Notes: a model not told the origin generated them from the sequence alone. Numbered from the stretch's first letter, positions 1-7,975 are shown. The stretch: DNA of 25,394 nt from Capsulimonadales bacterium (GCA_033762295.1 JANRLW010000033.1:1-25394); one strand, 5' to 3'. Numbers and translations: made by a program.

Positions 1-1
1 G

Positions 2-238
2 TTCGTCGGAACCGCCGCCTGGTTCTTCTTCGCCGTCAACCTGTTCAAGGTACCCTTCGGCCTCTATCTGGGAACGGTCACCGGGAACGGGTTCCTGTTC
101 GCCCTGACCCTGTTCCCGGCCGCTCTGGCCGGCGCGGTCACCGGGCGATGGCTTCTGGGACGGATCGATCAGGTATGGTTCGAGCGCATCGCCGTCCTTT
201 TCACGCTCCTGGCCGGTATACGCCTCTGCTGGGGCTGA
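2..238 (+). CDS. C-terminal part of a TauE/SafE-family (sulfite exporter-like) membrane protein, truncated by the window start
   Basis: Open frame from position 2 to TGA at 236-238: FVGTAAWFFFAVNLFKVPFGLYLG...GRWLLGRIDQVWFERIAVLFTLLAGIRLCWG. Hydrophobic helices and the GTxAWFFxxVNxxKxP pattern are typical of the TauE C-terminus. Confidence 0.7.
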   Translation, partial: FVGTAAWFFFAVNLFKVPFGLYLGTVTGNGFLFALTLFPAALAGAVTGRWLLGRIDQVWFERIAVLFTLLAGIRLCWG

Positions 239-391
239 CGGGTCGGCTGGCAATACACCCTACGGTCTGCTAACGAATATTAAATACGTCTGAAAATCCC
301 CTTTCGAAATGCCGAAATCGGGTTATAATGGGACACCCCGCGATGCTGCGTTCCGTCTTATGTCCAATAACCGGAAAGGGTTCTTCAGGCG

Positions 392-670
392 ATGGTTTTT
401 CTGGTGGAAACCGGCAACGGTGACATCATCGAACGAATGTGGCGACTACTGGTTTCGGCACGACGCAATGACGATATCCCCCACCTCTGGCGTCTGACCG
501 ATGAGATTCTCGAATCCGTCCGCGCTTTTTACAAACTCGGACGCGACCGTGAGGAGCCGTCCGACGGTCCGATAAACGGTCCGCTCACCCGGTTTCTCGA
601 CGTTCCGGTCGATCCGACGACGACGACTCCGCATCTCCTTTGCTACCCGAACGTCGTCTATCACCTCTGA
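392..670 (+). CDS. Small hypothetical protein (92 aa)
   Basis: ATG at 392, purine-rich GGAAAGGG upstream and TATAAT at 324-329. It fills the gap between the TauE gene and convergent trpG. No recognisable domain. Confidence 0.45.
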   Translation: MVFLVETGNGDIIERMWRLLVSARRNDDIPHLWRLTDEILESVRAFYKLGRDREEPSDGPINGPLTRFLDVPVDPTTTTPHLLCYPNVVYHL

Positions 671-738
671 ACGTCCGGTCGGGCGTCCCGGTCCGGTCAG
701 GGCGGGACGCCGGATCCATGCCGGGACCGAATGCGAGA

Positions 739-1302
739 TCAATGTCGGGCGAAGTTGGCGAGCAGGGTCCGTCCGTGTTCCGTCAGGACGCTTTCCGGGT
801 GAAACTGCACGCCCTCGATATCCAGGGTTCTGTGCCGGACGCCCATGATCTCCCCCTCCGCTGTTTCCGCGCTGATTTCCAGGCAGTCGGGCAGCGTATC
901 CCGGTCGATGAGGAGAGAATGGTACCGGGTGGCGACGAACTCCTGCGGGATTCCCGCGAAAACGCCCTTCCCATCGTGCCGGATCGGGGACGTCTTCCCG
1001 TGCATCAATCGTCCGGCGCGGACGATTTTGCCGCCGAAGGCATGTCCGATACTCTGGTGTCCCAGGCAAACGCCCAGAATCGGCACCGTGCCGCCGAACC
1101 GGCGAATCGCCTCAACCGAGACGCCGGCGAGTTCCGGGTCGCAGGGTCCCGGTGAGATCAGGATTCGGTCCGGGCGACGCGCCTCGATCTCCCCGAGGGT
1201 AATCCGGTCGTTCCGGTAGATCTCGAGTTCGCACCCCATCTCCCCGAGATACTGCACAATGTTATAGGTGAAAGAATCATAGTTATCGATGACCAGAATC
1301 AT
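739..1302 (-). CDS. trpG: Anthranilate synthase component II / glutamine amidotransferase (TrpG/PabA)
   Basis: [31 protein letters not shown] and GVQFHPES motifs. The ATG at 1302 overlaps the upstream stop codon (TGATG). Confidence 0.95.
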   Translation of the reverse strand: MILVIDNYDSFTYNIVQYLGEMGCELEIYRNDRITLGEIEARRPDRILISPGPCDPELAGVSVEAIRRFGGTVPILGVCLGHQSIGHAFGGKIVRAGRLMHGKTSPIRHDGKGVFAGIPQEFVATRYHSLLIDRDTLPDCLEISAETAEGEIMGVRHRTLDIEGVQFHPESVLTEHGRTLLANFARH

Positions 1303-1631
1303 CACTCCTCCAGTTCCAGCCGGTCCCAGCGAGTCGGCGTCTCCGCGCCATGCTCCCCCGACCAGACATCCCCCTGAATGAATCCGAGAATGCGTTTGCA
1401 CCGTCCGCAGTAGAACACCAGTCGCGGTTTCGGACGGTGTTCCGGGTTAATCTCCGTCATGTCCGGGCTGCTTCCCAGACGCAGTTCTCCCCCTTCTATA
1501 GTCATTTGTATGCGCATCTTGCAGTAACCGCACTGGATCTGCATGCGCCTCGAAAACAGTCGGCCCAGGGATTCCAGTTGATCGGACGTGACGGGCCGAT
1601 CCGATTTCTCTCCCGGTTCAATGCGTTTCAC
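1302..1631 (-). CDS. Small putative zinc-ribbon protein with two CxxC pairs
   Basis: Contains QCGYCK and YCGRCK. Its stop overlaps the trpG ATG. Start is either GTG 1631 (overlapping the end of the ABM gene) or ATG 1544. Confidence 0.6.
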   Translation of the reverse strand: MKRIEPGEKSDRPVTSDQLESLGRLFSRRMQIQCGYCKMRIQMTIEGGELRLGSSPDMTEINPEHRPKPRLVFYCGRCKRILGFIQGDVWSGEHGAETPTRWDRLELEE

Positions 1632-1983
1632 CGGCGGGGTCTCTCTTTTCCGTTGGGGCGCTGGCCGAAGTCCGGGTATCCTGCGGTCGCGTGAACGAAT
1701 AATCCCGGAACACCTCGCATACCTGTACGCGGTATTCGTCGTAGAAACGTTCCCGTCCGAGCCGCTGCGCTTCCCGGTGTCGCGCCTGCTCGCGCCAGTG
1801 GGAAACATCCGCCTCGGTTTCAAACTCGGCCAGCGTCACGCGTTCGCCATCCACCGCCGCAAAGGTCTTTACCGACACGAACCCCGGTTGACGTCGGGCA
1901 AGCGTCTCGATCTCCTCGGCCCAGGCCCGGTACGCCTCTCCGGCATCGGGACGCAGACGCGAACGAAACACGGTCAGAATCAC
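1618..1983 (-). CDS. Antibiotic biosynthesis monooxygenase (ABM) / dimeric alpha-beta barrel family protein
   Basis: VFRSRLR..Y....LA..QPGF..F....GERVTL.EFE......WR....HREAQRLGR..FY..YRVQVC pattern. The GTG start overlaps the trpE stop (GTGA). Confidence 0.85.
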   Translation of the reverse strand: MILTVFRSRLRPDAGEAYRAWAEEIETLARRQPGFVSVKTFAAVDGERVTLAEFETEADVSHWREQARHREAQRLGRERFYDEYRVQVCEVFRDYSFTRPQDTRTSASAPTEKRDPAGETH

Positions 1984-3530
1984 AGCAGTCCGCCTTCCGC
2001 CATCTCGACCGCGCGTTTGACCGCCCCCGACTTGTTCATCGTTTCCTCAAATTCGGCGTCGGCATCGCTGTCGGCAACGATTCCGCCGCCGGCCTGAACG
2101 TAGACCTTCCCATCCCGAATCAGCGCGGTCCGGATGGTGATACAGGCGTCCAGGTTGCCGCTGTAGGAGAAGTAGCCGATCGCCCCGCCGTAGACTCCCC
2201 GGCGCGTCGGTTCCAGTTCCTCGATGATCTGCATCGCCCGGACCTTGGGCGCGCCGGACAGCGTCCCGGCCGGAAACGTCGCGCGCAGCAGGTCGAAGGC
2301 GGTTTTGCCCTGTCGAAGTCGTCCGCTGACATTGCTGACGATATGCATGACATGGCTGTACTTTTCCACCACCATCAGTTCATCGACCGTGACGGTGCCG
2401 AACTCACAGACCCGACCGATGTCGTTGCGCCCGAGATCGACCAGCATGATATGTTCGGCGCACTCCTTCTCGTCGGCCAGCAATTCGGCTTCCAGTGCGG
2501 CGTCCTCCGCCGGGTTCGCGCCGCGCTTTCGGGTTCCGGCGATCGGTCGCACGGTCACCTTCCCGGCCTCGTACGTCACCAGAATCTCCGGCGACGCGCC
2601 GACCAGCGTCGGGCCATCCTCGTAGGCAAGGAAGAACATATACGGCGAGGGGTTCAGCGACCGAAGCGCGCGGTAGACATCGAACGGCGCGGCGCGCAGG
2701 GGACGGGAGAACCGTTGCGCCAGCACCACCTGAATGATATCCCCGGCGGCGATATACTCCTTGGCCGCGCCGATCATCGCCCGGTACTCGTCGAGGGTCA
2801 GGTTCGATTCGAACGGTATCTCCTCGCCGGACACATTGATCTTCGGTTCGGGAGCCGGAAGCGGCTGGCGCAGAGTGGCGATCAGGGCGTCGATCCGCGC
2901 GATGGCGTCGTCGTAGGCGGCATCGAGGTCGGCGGGGTCATCGATCCGGGCGTTGGCGAGCACGCGCATCCGGTGCTGCACATGGTCGAAGATAACCAGC
3001 GTATCGGCGACCAGCAGATGCACATCGTCCGGACCGAGATCGTCGGTCGTGCGCTCGCCGATCGGTTCCAGAAAGCGCACCCAGTCATAGCCGATATAGC
3101 CGACCGCCCCGCCGACGAACCGGGGCAGTCCGGGGACGGATACGTAGCGGATCGGGGCGAGCAGTCTTTCCAGCACATGGAGGGCGTCCTCGCCGTCGCC
3201 GAGGTCGATTCTGCGCTCCTGTCCCCCATCGGTGATCGTCACCTGTCGTCCGCGCGCCCGAAGCACCATCCGGGGTTCGCTGCCGAGGAAGGAGTAGCGT
3301 CCCATCCGTTCACCGCCCTCGACGCTTTCGAGCAGGAAGGCGTTCGGGCGGTCGGCGATACGTTTGAAGGCCGATACGGGTGTTTCCAGGTCCGCGAGGA
3401 TATCCCGCCAGACCGGAACCATGTTGCCCTCGGTCGCCAGACGTCGAAACGTTTCCCGATCGGGCGTCGGCGCGAACAGGGCGCGGGTCGACGGATTGCT
3501 CATCAGGTTCTTCATCGTTGATCCGGACAT
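1980..3530 (-). CDS. trpE: Anthranilate synthase component I
   Basis: DLETPVSAF, FLLESVEGG..GRYSF, NPSPYMF, GASPE, RPIAGT, EHIMLVDLGRND, FPAGTLSGAPK and QAGGGIVADS motifs. ATG 3530 has GAGGA upstream. The longer track ORF (to 3821) runs through the attenuator and is not the true start. Confidence 0.96.
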   Translation of the reverse strand: MSGSTMKNLMSNPSTRALFAPTPDRETFRRLATEGNMVPVWRDILADLETPVSAFKRIADRPNAFLLESVEGGERMGRYSFLGSEPRMVLRARGRQVTITDGGQERRIDLGDGEDALHVLERLLAPIRYVSVPGLPRFVGGAVGYIGYDWVRFLEPIGERTTDDLGPDDVHLLVADTLVIFDHVQHRMRVLANARIDDPADLDAAYDDAIARIDALIATLRQPLPAPEPKINVSGEEIPFESNLTLDEYRAMIGAAKEYIAAGDIIQVVLAQRFSRPLRAAPFDVYRALRSLNPSPYMFFLAYEDGPTLVGASPEILVTYEAGKVTVRPIAGTRKRGANPAEDAALEAELLADEKECAEHIMLVDLGRNDIGRVCEFGTVTVDELMVVEKYSHVMHIVSNVSGRLRQGKTAFDLLRATFPAGTLSGAPKVRAMQIIEELEPTRRGVYGGAIGYFSYSGNLDACITIRTALIRDGKVYVQAGGGIVADSDADAEFEETMNKSGAVKRAVEMAEGGLL

Positions 3531-3552
3531 TCCATATTCCTCGCGGGGCGGG

Positions 3553-3599
3553 AGCGAAAAGCGAAACGGGGACAGGCCCCGTCGGACCTGTCCCCGTTT
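3553..3599 (-). terminator. trp attenuator terminator (3:4 hairpin)
   Basis: 13-bp inverted repeat AAACGGGGACAGG (3564-3576) / CCTGTCCCCGTTT (3587-3599), ending on the minus strand in TTTCGCTTTTCG, about 30 nt before trpE. Confidence 0.85.
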
Positions 3600-3627
3600 T
3601 CTAAAATCGTTGCGTCTGCGGAAGAAT

Positions 3628-3714
3628 TTAGCCGGAGACACGCGCGGGTCGAGGCGACGGCGAAAGGTTGCCGCGCCACCACCATCGTCCGAGTCCCACA
3701 GAAGCGTTCCGCAT
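3628..3714 (-). CDS. trpL: trp operon leader peptide (28 aa, MRNASVGLGRWWWRGNLSPSPRPARVSG)
   Basis: Hand-translated. Three tandem TGG codons lie between a sigma70 promoter and the terminator upstream of trpE. Too short for the ORF track. Confidence 0.88.
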   Translation of the reverse strand: MRNASVGLGRWWWRGNLSPSPRPARVSG

Positions 3715-3723
3715 ACCGAGGGA

Positions 3724-3752
3724 AGGATAACATACCGTCGTTTCCCTGTCAA
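3724..3752 (-). promoter_or_regulatory. sigma70-type promoter of the trp operon
   Basis: TTGACA (3752-3747), 17-nt spacer, TGn-TATCCT (3729-3724). The trpL ATG follows 9 nt later. Confidence 0.8.
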
Positions 3753-3775
3753 GGCCCGTCGGTCACCACCGCCGG

Positions 3776-4675
3776 TCACACCTTTCGACGCAGGGTAAGA
3801 AAAGAGACTTCCGGCGGACACAGGAAGCGCGGCGCCGCCCAGGCGATACGCGGGACGTTCGCCAGGCCGATTCCCCGGGTGATGTACAGAGTCAGGTCAC
3901 CGCCGGGATCGTAACCGAGAGTCGCGCGCAGACGAGCGCGGTCGAAGATGCCCATATCGATGCGGCGGCAGAGGGGATTCTGGGTTTTGAGCGGGCCGAT
4001 CAGCGGCAGACGCACCTGACCGCCGTGCGTATGGCCGGACAGCATCAGGTCGACGCCCGCCCGCGCGGCCTGAGTCGCCAGTTGCGGCGAATGGGACAGC
4101 AGCAGGGTGAACCGATCGGTCCGCGCGCCGCACAGGGCGGCGTCGAGATCGGCATGCCCGTAGTAGGGGTCATCGACGGCGACCAGGGTCAGGGTTTCAC
4201 CGCGCAGCGTCAGCGGTCGGTTCTCATTTCCGAGCATCGTCACACCCAGCTCGGTCAGTCGGACACCGAACTCCCGACGCTCTCGAAGCATCATCTTATG
4301 CTCGGCGTTGCCGAGAATACCGTAGGTCGGAACGTCGGGGAAGGTATCGGCGACCGTTCGAACGAGCCGCAGGGCGTTCACGGTCCCATGTCGTCCGCGC
4401 AGGAAATCTCCGCCCCAGACGATCAGTTCGGGCCGTGGCGTTTCCCGCACCAGAGCGACGATCCGCTCCTCGCGGAGCGTCCAATCGGCGGTATGGAGAT
4501 CGGCAATAAACAGAACCGGCAATCCGTCGAGGACGGGCGGCAGGCGACGCAAAAAAAGTTCCGTGTGGGTGCGTTCGACGGCGAACGGTTCGACGCGCAG
4601 AGCATAGTAAGCCAATCCCAGCCCGGCGAGACCGATTCCGAGCGGAGGAACGACACCGCGATATTTCACCTTCAT
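3776..4675 (-). CDS. Calcineurin-like metallophosphoesterase (YkuE-like) with an N-terminal membrane anchor
   Basis: DLH, GGD, GNAEH, HSP and SGHTHGGQ motifs, ITRGIG and the C-terminal RFLCPPE. Confidence 0.9.
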   Translation of the reverse strand: MKVKYRGVVPPLGIGLAGLGLAYYALRVEPFAVERTHTELFLRRLPPVLDGLPVLFIADLHTADWTLREERIVALVRETPRPELIVWGGDFLRGRHGTVNALRLVRTVADTFPDVPTYGILGNAEHKMMLRERREFGVRLTELGVTMLGNENRPLTLRGETLTLVAVDDPYYGHADLDAALCGARTDRFTLLLSHSPQLATQAARAGVDLMLSGHTHGGQVRLPLIGPLKTQNPLCRRIDMGIFDRARLRATLGYDPGGDLTLYITRGIGLANVPRIAWAAPRFLCPPEVSFLTLRRKV

Positions 4676-4714
4676 GGATTCGTCATGGGTTCCCGCAAAC
4701 GTGCTCCGAGGCGT

Positions 4715-5563
4715 TCAGGTGCCGGGGGCGGACGGTTTGGCGAGGGCGGCGACCGGTCGCACGTCCCGGTGAATGCGCCGGATCTGGCGCAGGTCCGCCA
4801 GCATGGCGAGTCCCTGGCGAAGGTAGGCACTTTTCGTCGGAAACGCGGCGGCTCCTTCCTGATGCGCCCAGCGCACCGGCACCTCGGCGATACGATACCC
4901 CAATTTCCGTGCCAGGAAGAGGGCTTCGACATCGAAGGAAAAACCGTTGAGTTGACAGCGGGAGAAGATATCGCGGGCAGCCCGCGCGGTCAGCAGCTTG
5001 AAACCGCACTGGGTGTCCTCGATGCCGGGAGTAGCCAGAAGCTGCACGACCTTGTTGAAGGATCGGCCGCCGAGTTCGCGATACCAGGGCTGACGCACTT
5101 CCAGACGGCTTTCGCGCAGGGGACGTGACCCGATGGCCACTTCCAGGGAGCGGGACGGGTCGAGCGCCGCTTCCAGTTTGGGAAGTTCTTCCATCGGGGT
5201 CGACAGGTCGGCGTCCATGAAAAGCACCCGGTCACCGCTCGCCCGCATGATTCCGTAACGAACGGCGTGCCCTTTGCCCCGGTTGGTTTCATACCGCAGG
5301 GAACGCACCACACCGAAGCCGCCGGCGGCCCCGGCGTAACGGGTGGCAAACCCCTGGGCCACGGCGGCCGTTTCATCCCGCGACCCGTCATCGACCACCA
5401 CCAGTTCGAACGGCATTTTTCGTCCGTCCAGGTAGGCGACGGCGGCCTCCAGCGTCGGCAAAAGTCGTCCGGCCTCGTTGTAGGCGGGAATCACCACGGA
5501 CAATGCCGGCGGATGGTTTTCCGCGGGTCGAGGGTTACAGGAAACCGAAAGAGGGACGGACAT
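4715..5563 (-). CDS. Glycosyltransferase family 2, dolichyl/polyprenyl-phosphate glucosyltransferase-like
   Basis: LSVVIPAYNE, VVDDGS.D, NRGKG.AVR.G, FMDADLST, DTQCGFK and FDVE motifs. ATG 5563 lies 7 nt after TGaTATAAT (leaderless). Confidence 0.9.
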   Translation of the reverse strand: MSVPLSVSCNPRPAENHPPALSVVIPAYNEAGRLLPTLEAAVAYLDGRKMPFELVVVDDGSRDETAAVAQGFATRYAGAAGGFGVVRSLRYETNRGKGHAVRYGIMRASGDRVLFMDADLSTPMEELPKLEAALDPSRSLEVAIGSRPLRESRLEVRQPWYRELGGRSFNKVVQLLATPGIEDTQCGFKLLTARAARDIFSRCQLNGFSFDVEALFLARKLGYRIAEVPVRWAHQEGAAAFPTKSAYLRQGLAMLADLRQIRRIHRDVRPVAALAKPSAPGT

Positions 5564-5678
5564 GATGTCCATTATATCACTGTCACCCTGCACCGTCGGT
5601 TCCCTTCCTCGTCGGAGTACGGGATTTTCTTATCTTTTTCCTGGCGGAACGAAAATTGCCTGAAATGTGACAGGACCG

Positions 5679-5708
5679 GGAACCGTGTTTCCCCTTCCTG
5701 CGTCTTAA
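5679..5708 (+). promoter_or_regulatory. Putative ECF-sigma promoter GGAAC-N17-CGTC
   Basis: GGAAC 5679-5683, 17-nt spacer, CGTCTTAA 5701-5708. The same geometry recurs at 7349-7374 and 12841-12816. Confidence 0.6.
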
Positions 5709-5760
5709 AAGACAACGAACGCGGAGAACATCGTACTTCGCGTTAACAAACAGAGCGCCG

Positions 5761-5878
5761 CGACAACCGAATATCGAAATACAACCGAATAACGACAATC
5801 GAACGGCAAATAGAATATCGAAAACCGAATAACGACAATTGAATATCGCACAACCGCATAACGAAAACCGAATAGCGA
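5761..5878 (+). repeat. Degenerate tandem repeat: about 8 units of roughly 14 nt (CGAMAAYYGAATAW), built from CGAnnAn-like heptamers
   Basis: Units read CGACAACCGAATAT, CGAAATACAACCGAATAA, CGACAATCGAA, CGGCAAATAGAATAT, CGAAAACCGAATAA, CGACAATTGAATAT, CGCACAACCGCATAA, CGAAAACCGAATAG. Confidence 0.85.
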
Positions 5879-5905
5879 GTTAAACCTTACAAAAAGACAA
5901 TTAAC

Positions 5906-5952
5906 AGGAACGGAATTGCCTCGACGCATTCCGTTCCTTTGTCTTTTGTTTT
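5906..5952 (+). terminator. Intrinsic terminator, possibly bidirectional
   Basis: AGGAACGGAAT (5906-5916) pairs with ATTCCGTTCCT (5928-5938), followed by TTGTCTTTTGTTTT. Confidence 0.8.
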
Positions 5953-6011
5953 GCCCCCGGTTATGTCCCCGATCGGCGCGTCGATGCCGACGACACCTTC
6001 GATCCCGACGA

Positions 6012-6040
6012 TTGACGAGAGGAGGACGGACTGCTATAAT
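6012..6040 (+). promoter_or_regulatory. Near-consensus sigma70 promoter driving a leaderless mRNA
   Basis: TTGACG (6012-6017), 17-nt spacer, TGcTATAAT (-10 at 6035-6040). ATG follows 6 nt later. Confidence 0.85.
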
Positions 6041-6046
6041 CGCCTC

Positions 6047-7141
6047 ATGTTGCCCCCCCGACGCCCGGCCCGGATTTTCCTTCGTGCCCTCGCCGCCGCG
6101 ATCGCGCCTCTGCTCCTCGGAACGGTGACGCGCGCCCAGGAGGCGATCGCCGCCGGTTCCGTCGATGACGCTCCCGCCTTCGGGATTCTCGTACCGAAAG
6201 GTCCGCTTCCTCACCGCAACAGCGAACCGCTCAACACACCGTTTCTGACGCCGCCGGCGGCGGATGCCCGTGTCCTTCGGAAGGGTCTGGGTCGTCTGGA
6301 TGTCCGCCTCGATATCGTCAATAATCTGCTGAATCTGAACGAAGGACCACGGCGCTATCTGGTCGATTTCGAGGAACAGCGGTTGTACCTGGGATATGCG
6401 CGCGGGATCGGTTCCGGGCAGGAAATCGGTCTGAGTCTGGTTTATGTCTCGCGCAACGGGGGTTGGCTCGATCATTTCATCGACTCGTGGCATAAGGTGT
6501 TCGGCTTCGAAGGCGGAGGGCGAGGCAACATCCCTCGAAACCGAACGCTGTTCCGGGTCACCGATGCGGCGGGACAGGTGATCATCGATGATTCGGTTTC
6601 CCGGAGCGGGTTCGGCGATACGCTTCTGGAGTACCGTCGGGAGTTACAACGGCTTCCGGCAGCAGTGGAACGAACGCGTCGGATCGGTCTGGCGGCCCGC
6701 GCCCTCCTCAAACTTCCGACCGGGAATCGCAACCACCTGCTCGGATCGGGAAAAACGGATTTCGGTCTCGGACTGACGGCGACCGCGCGACCGCTGCGTA
6801 ACCTGGCGGTTCATGGCAACGCCTCCCTGGTGTTCACCGGCGGCGCGTCGAACCCCGCGCTCCGGCCGGAGCGGACTCTGGTGCATTCCCTGGTCGCGGC
6901 GGAGTATCTGTTCGACGGGCGCACCTCCGCCGTGATTCAGACCGATGATAACCCGGCGCCGTTTCGTTCTGGCTTTTCCTACGCGGATCGGCCTCGCCGC
7001 GCTTTCACCTTCGGATTCTGGCGTGACATCGGACATGGCGGACAGATTTTTCTGCTCAATTCGGAGAACGATTTCGGCGCTCTGGCGAAATACGCGCCGG
7101 ATTTCGTGCTTTCACTGGGAACTCGCTGGCTGCTAAAGTAG
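6047..7141 (+). CDS. Exported DUF3187-like protein, probably a beta-barrel outer-membrane protein
   Basis: Signal-peptide-like N-terminus, GG.LD.FIDSWH..FG and GFGD...LKLPTG....LLGSG..DFG motifs, and a C-terminal alternating strand ending in an aromatic residue (FVLSLGTRW). Start moved to ATG 6047. Confidence 0.7.
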   Translation: MLPPRRPARIFLRALAAAIAPLLLGTVTRAQEAIAAGSVDDAPAFGILVPKGPLPHRNSEPLNTPFLTPPAADARVLRKGLGRLDVRLDIVNNLLNLNEGPRRYLVDFEEQRLYLGYARGIGSGQEIGLSLVYVSRNGGWLDHFIDSWHKVFGFEGGGRGNIPRNRTLFRVTDAAGQVIIDDSVSRSGFGDTLLEYRRELQRLPAAVERTRRIGLAARALLKLPTGNRNHLLGSGKTDFGLGLTATARPLRNLAVHGNASLVFTGGASNPALRPERTLVHSLVAAEYLFDGRTSAVIQTDDNPAPFRSGFSYADRPRRAFTFGFWRDIGHGGQIFLLNSENDFGALAKYAPDFVLSLGTRWLLK

Positions 7142-7348
7142 ACTACTATATATATGTAGACTATTTTATACCCTTACTAAGAAGAAGGGTGATTCCCGGA
7201 GCGCATGGTCCCTGTTGAATCACCCTGCAAAAGGTAGTAGAAAGGAGATGATTACATTATTGGCAGTTGCGGGAAACCTCCGGAGCGTCGCCGACACGTT
7301 GGAATTTCCGTCGTCCGTATTCGCCCGGCGTTAATTCCAAAAAGCGAG

Positions 7349-7379
7349 GGAACAGTTTGAAACGGATTTCCGTCTTTAA
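7349..7379 (+). promoter_or_regulatory. Putative ECF-sigma promoter of the general-stress cluster
   Basis: GGAAC (7349-7353), N17, CGTCTTTAA (7371-7379), about 30 nt before ATG 7410. Confidence 0.6.
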
Positions 7380-7409
7380 TTGTCAGAAAGCTACGGGAGA
7401 AAAGCCGCT

Positions 7410-7964
7410 ATGCCCGTTCTAGGCCCGGTCGCCAGTACCTTCCTGGTAGTGTTCTATATCCTGACTTCGTTGATCCTGGTGATCCTCCTGGTGGCAGCGG
7501 TTTATCTGGTTCTACGTTTGAACGCCTTACTGGAAAAGTATGAACAGAAAATTGATCCGTTGCTGCAGAAGGCGGATACGGTTCTGACCCTGACCACGGA
7601 AAAAGTGAGTTCGATCGGCACCAAGGCAGAGGAGATTCTGACACAGGGCGAGGAGTTGACCGAAATGGTGCATTCCCGGGTCGATACCACGACCTATGCG
7701 GTCCGTCGCACCGTTTTCACCCCCCTGATCGGATTGAATTCCGTCCTCGCCGGTCTTCGCCGGGGAGCGGAGACATTCACCCGCCGGCAACAGGAAACGA
7801 TCACGCAGTCCGTTCGAACGGAAAACCCGGTACCCGTGCCGGAAATTCGTCCGATGGTCGGGCAGACACCGAACCTGAACGGTTCGGAGACCGTAATGAG
7901 AGCGGAAGACAACGGAGCGGAATCTCGACAAATTACCCTGAGTTCCCGGACGGAGAAAGGTTAA
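7410..7964 (+). CDS. DUF948/YtxG-like membrane-anchored coiled-coil protein
   Basis: One long N-terminal TM helix followed by an amphipathic helical region, directly upstream of a YtxH gene as in ytxG-ytxH. GGGAG precedes ATG 7410. Confidence 0.65.
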   Translation: MPVLGPVASTFLVVFYILTSLILVILLVAAVYLVLRLNALLEKYEQKIDPLLQKADTVLTLTTEKVSSIGTKAEEILTQGEELTEMVHSRVDTTTYAVRRTVFTPLIGLNSVLAGLRRGAETFTRRQQETITQSVRTENPVPVPEIRPMVGQTPNLNGSETVMRAEDNGAESRQITLSSRTEKG

Positions 7965-7975
7965 GTTGAGCAACC

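Larger units (their letters stand above)
5711..5952 (+). ncRNA. Candidate small RNA with a 5' hairpin, an A-rich repeat tract and an intrinsic terminator
   Basis: Promoter motif upstream. 9-bp stem at 5718-5726/5736-5744, repeat tract 5761-5878 and terminator 5906-5952. No ATG on the + strand in the interval. Confidence 0.5.

Noticed and set aside
3531..3821. N-terminal extension of TrpE (613-aa track ORF) or a T-box
   Set aside because: The region holds a promoter, the trpL leader and a terminator. No T-box consensus was seen.
5761..5878. CRISPR array or replication-origin iterons
   Set aside because: Units are short, degenerate and contiguous with no unique spacers. No cas, rep or dnaA gene is nearby and I saw no DnaA boxes.
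5583..6493. Minus-strand ORFs crossing the repeat tract (5583-5798, 5705-6493)
   Set aside because: Sequence is repeat-derived or antisense to the DUF3187-like gene, with no convincing start signals.
7248..7334. 28-aa small ORF (MITLLAVAGNLRSVADTLEFPSSVFARR)
   Set aside because: AAGGAG is directly adjacent to the ATG (zero spacing), and there is no recognisable motif or other support.
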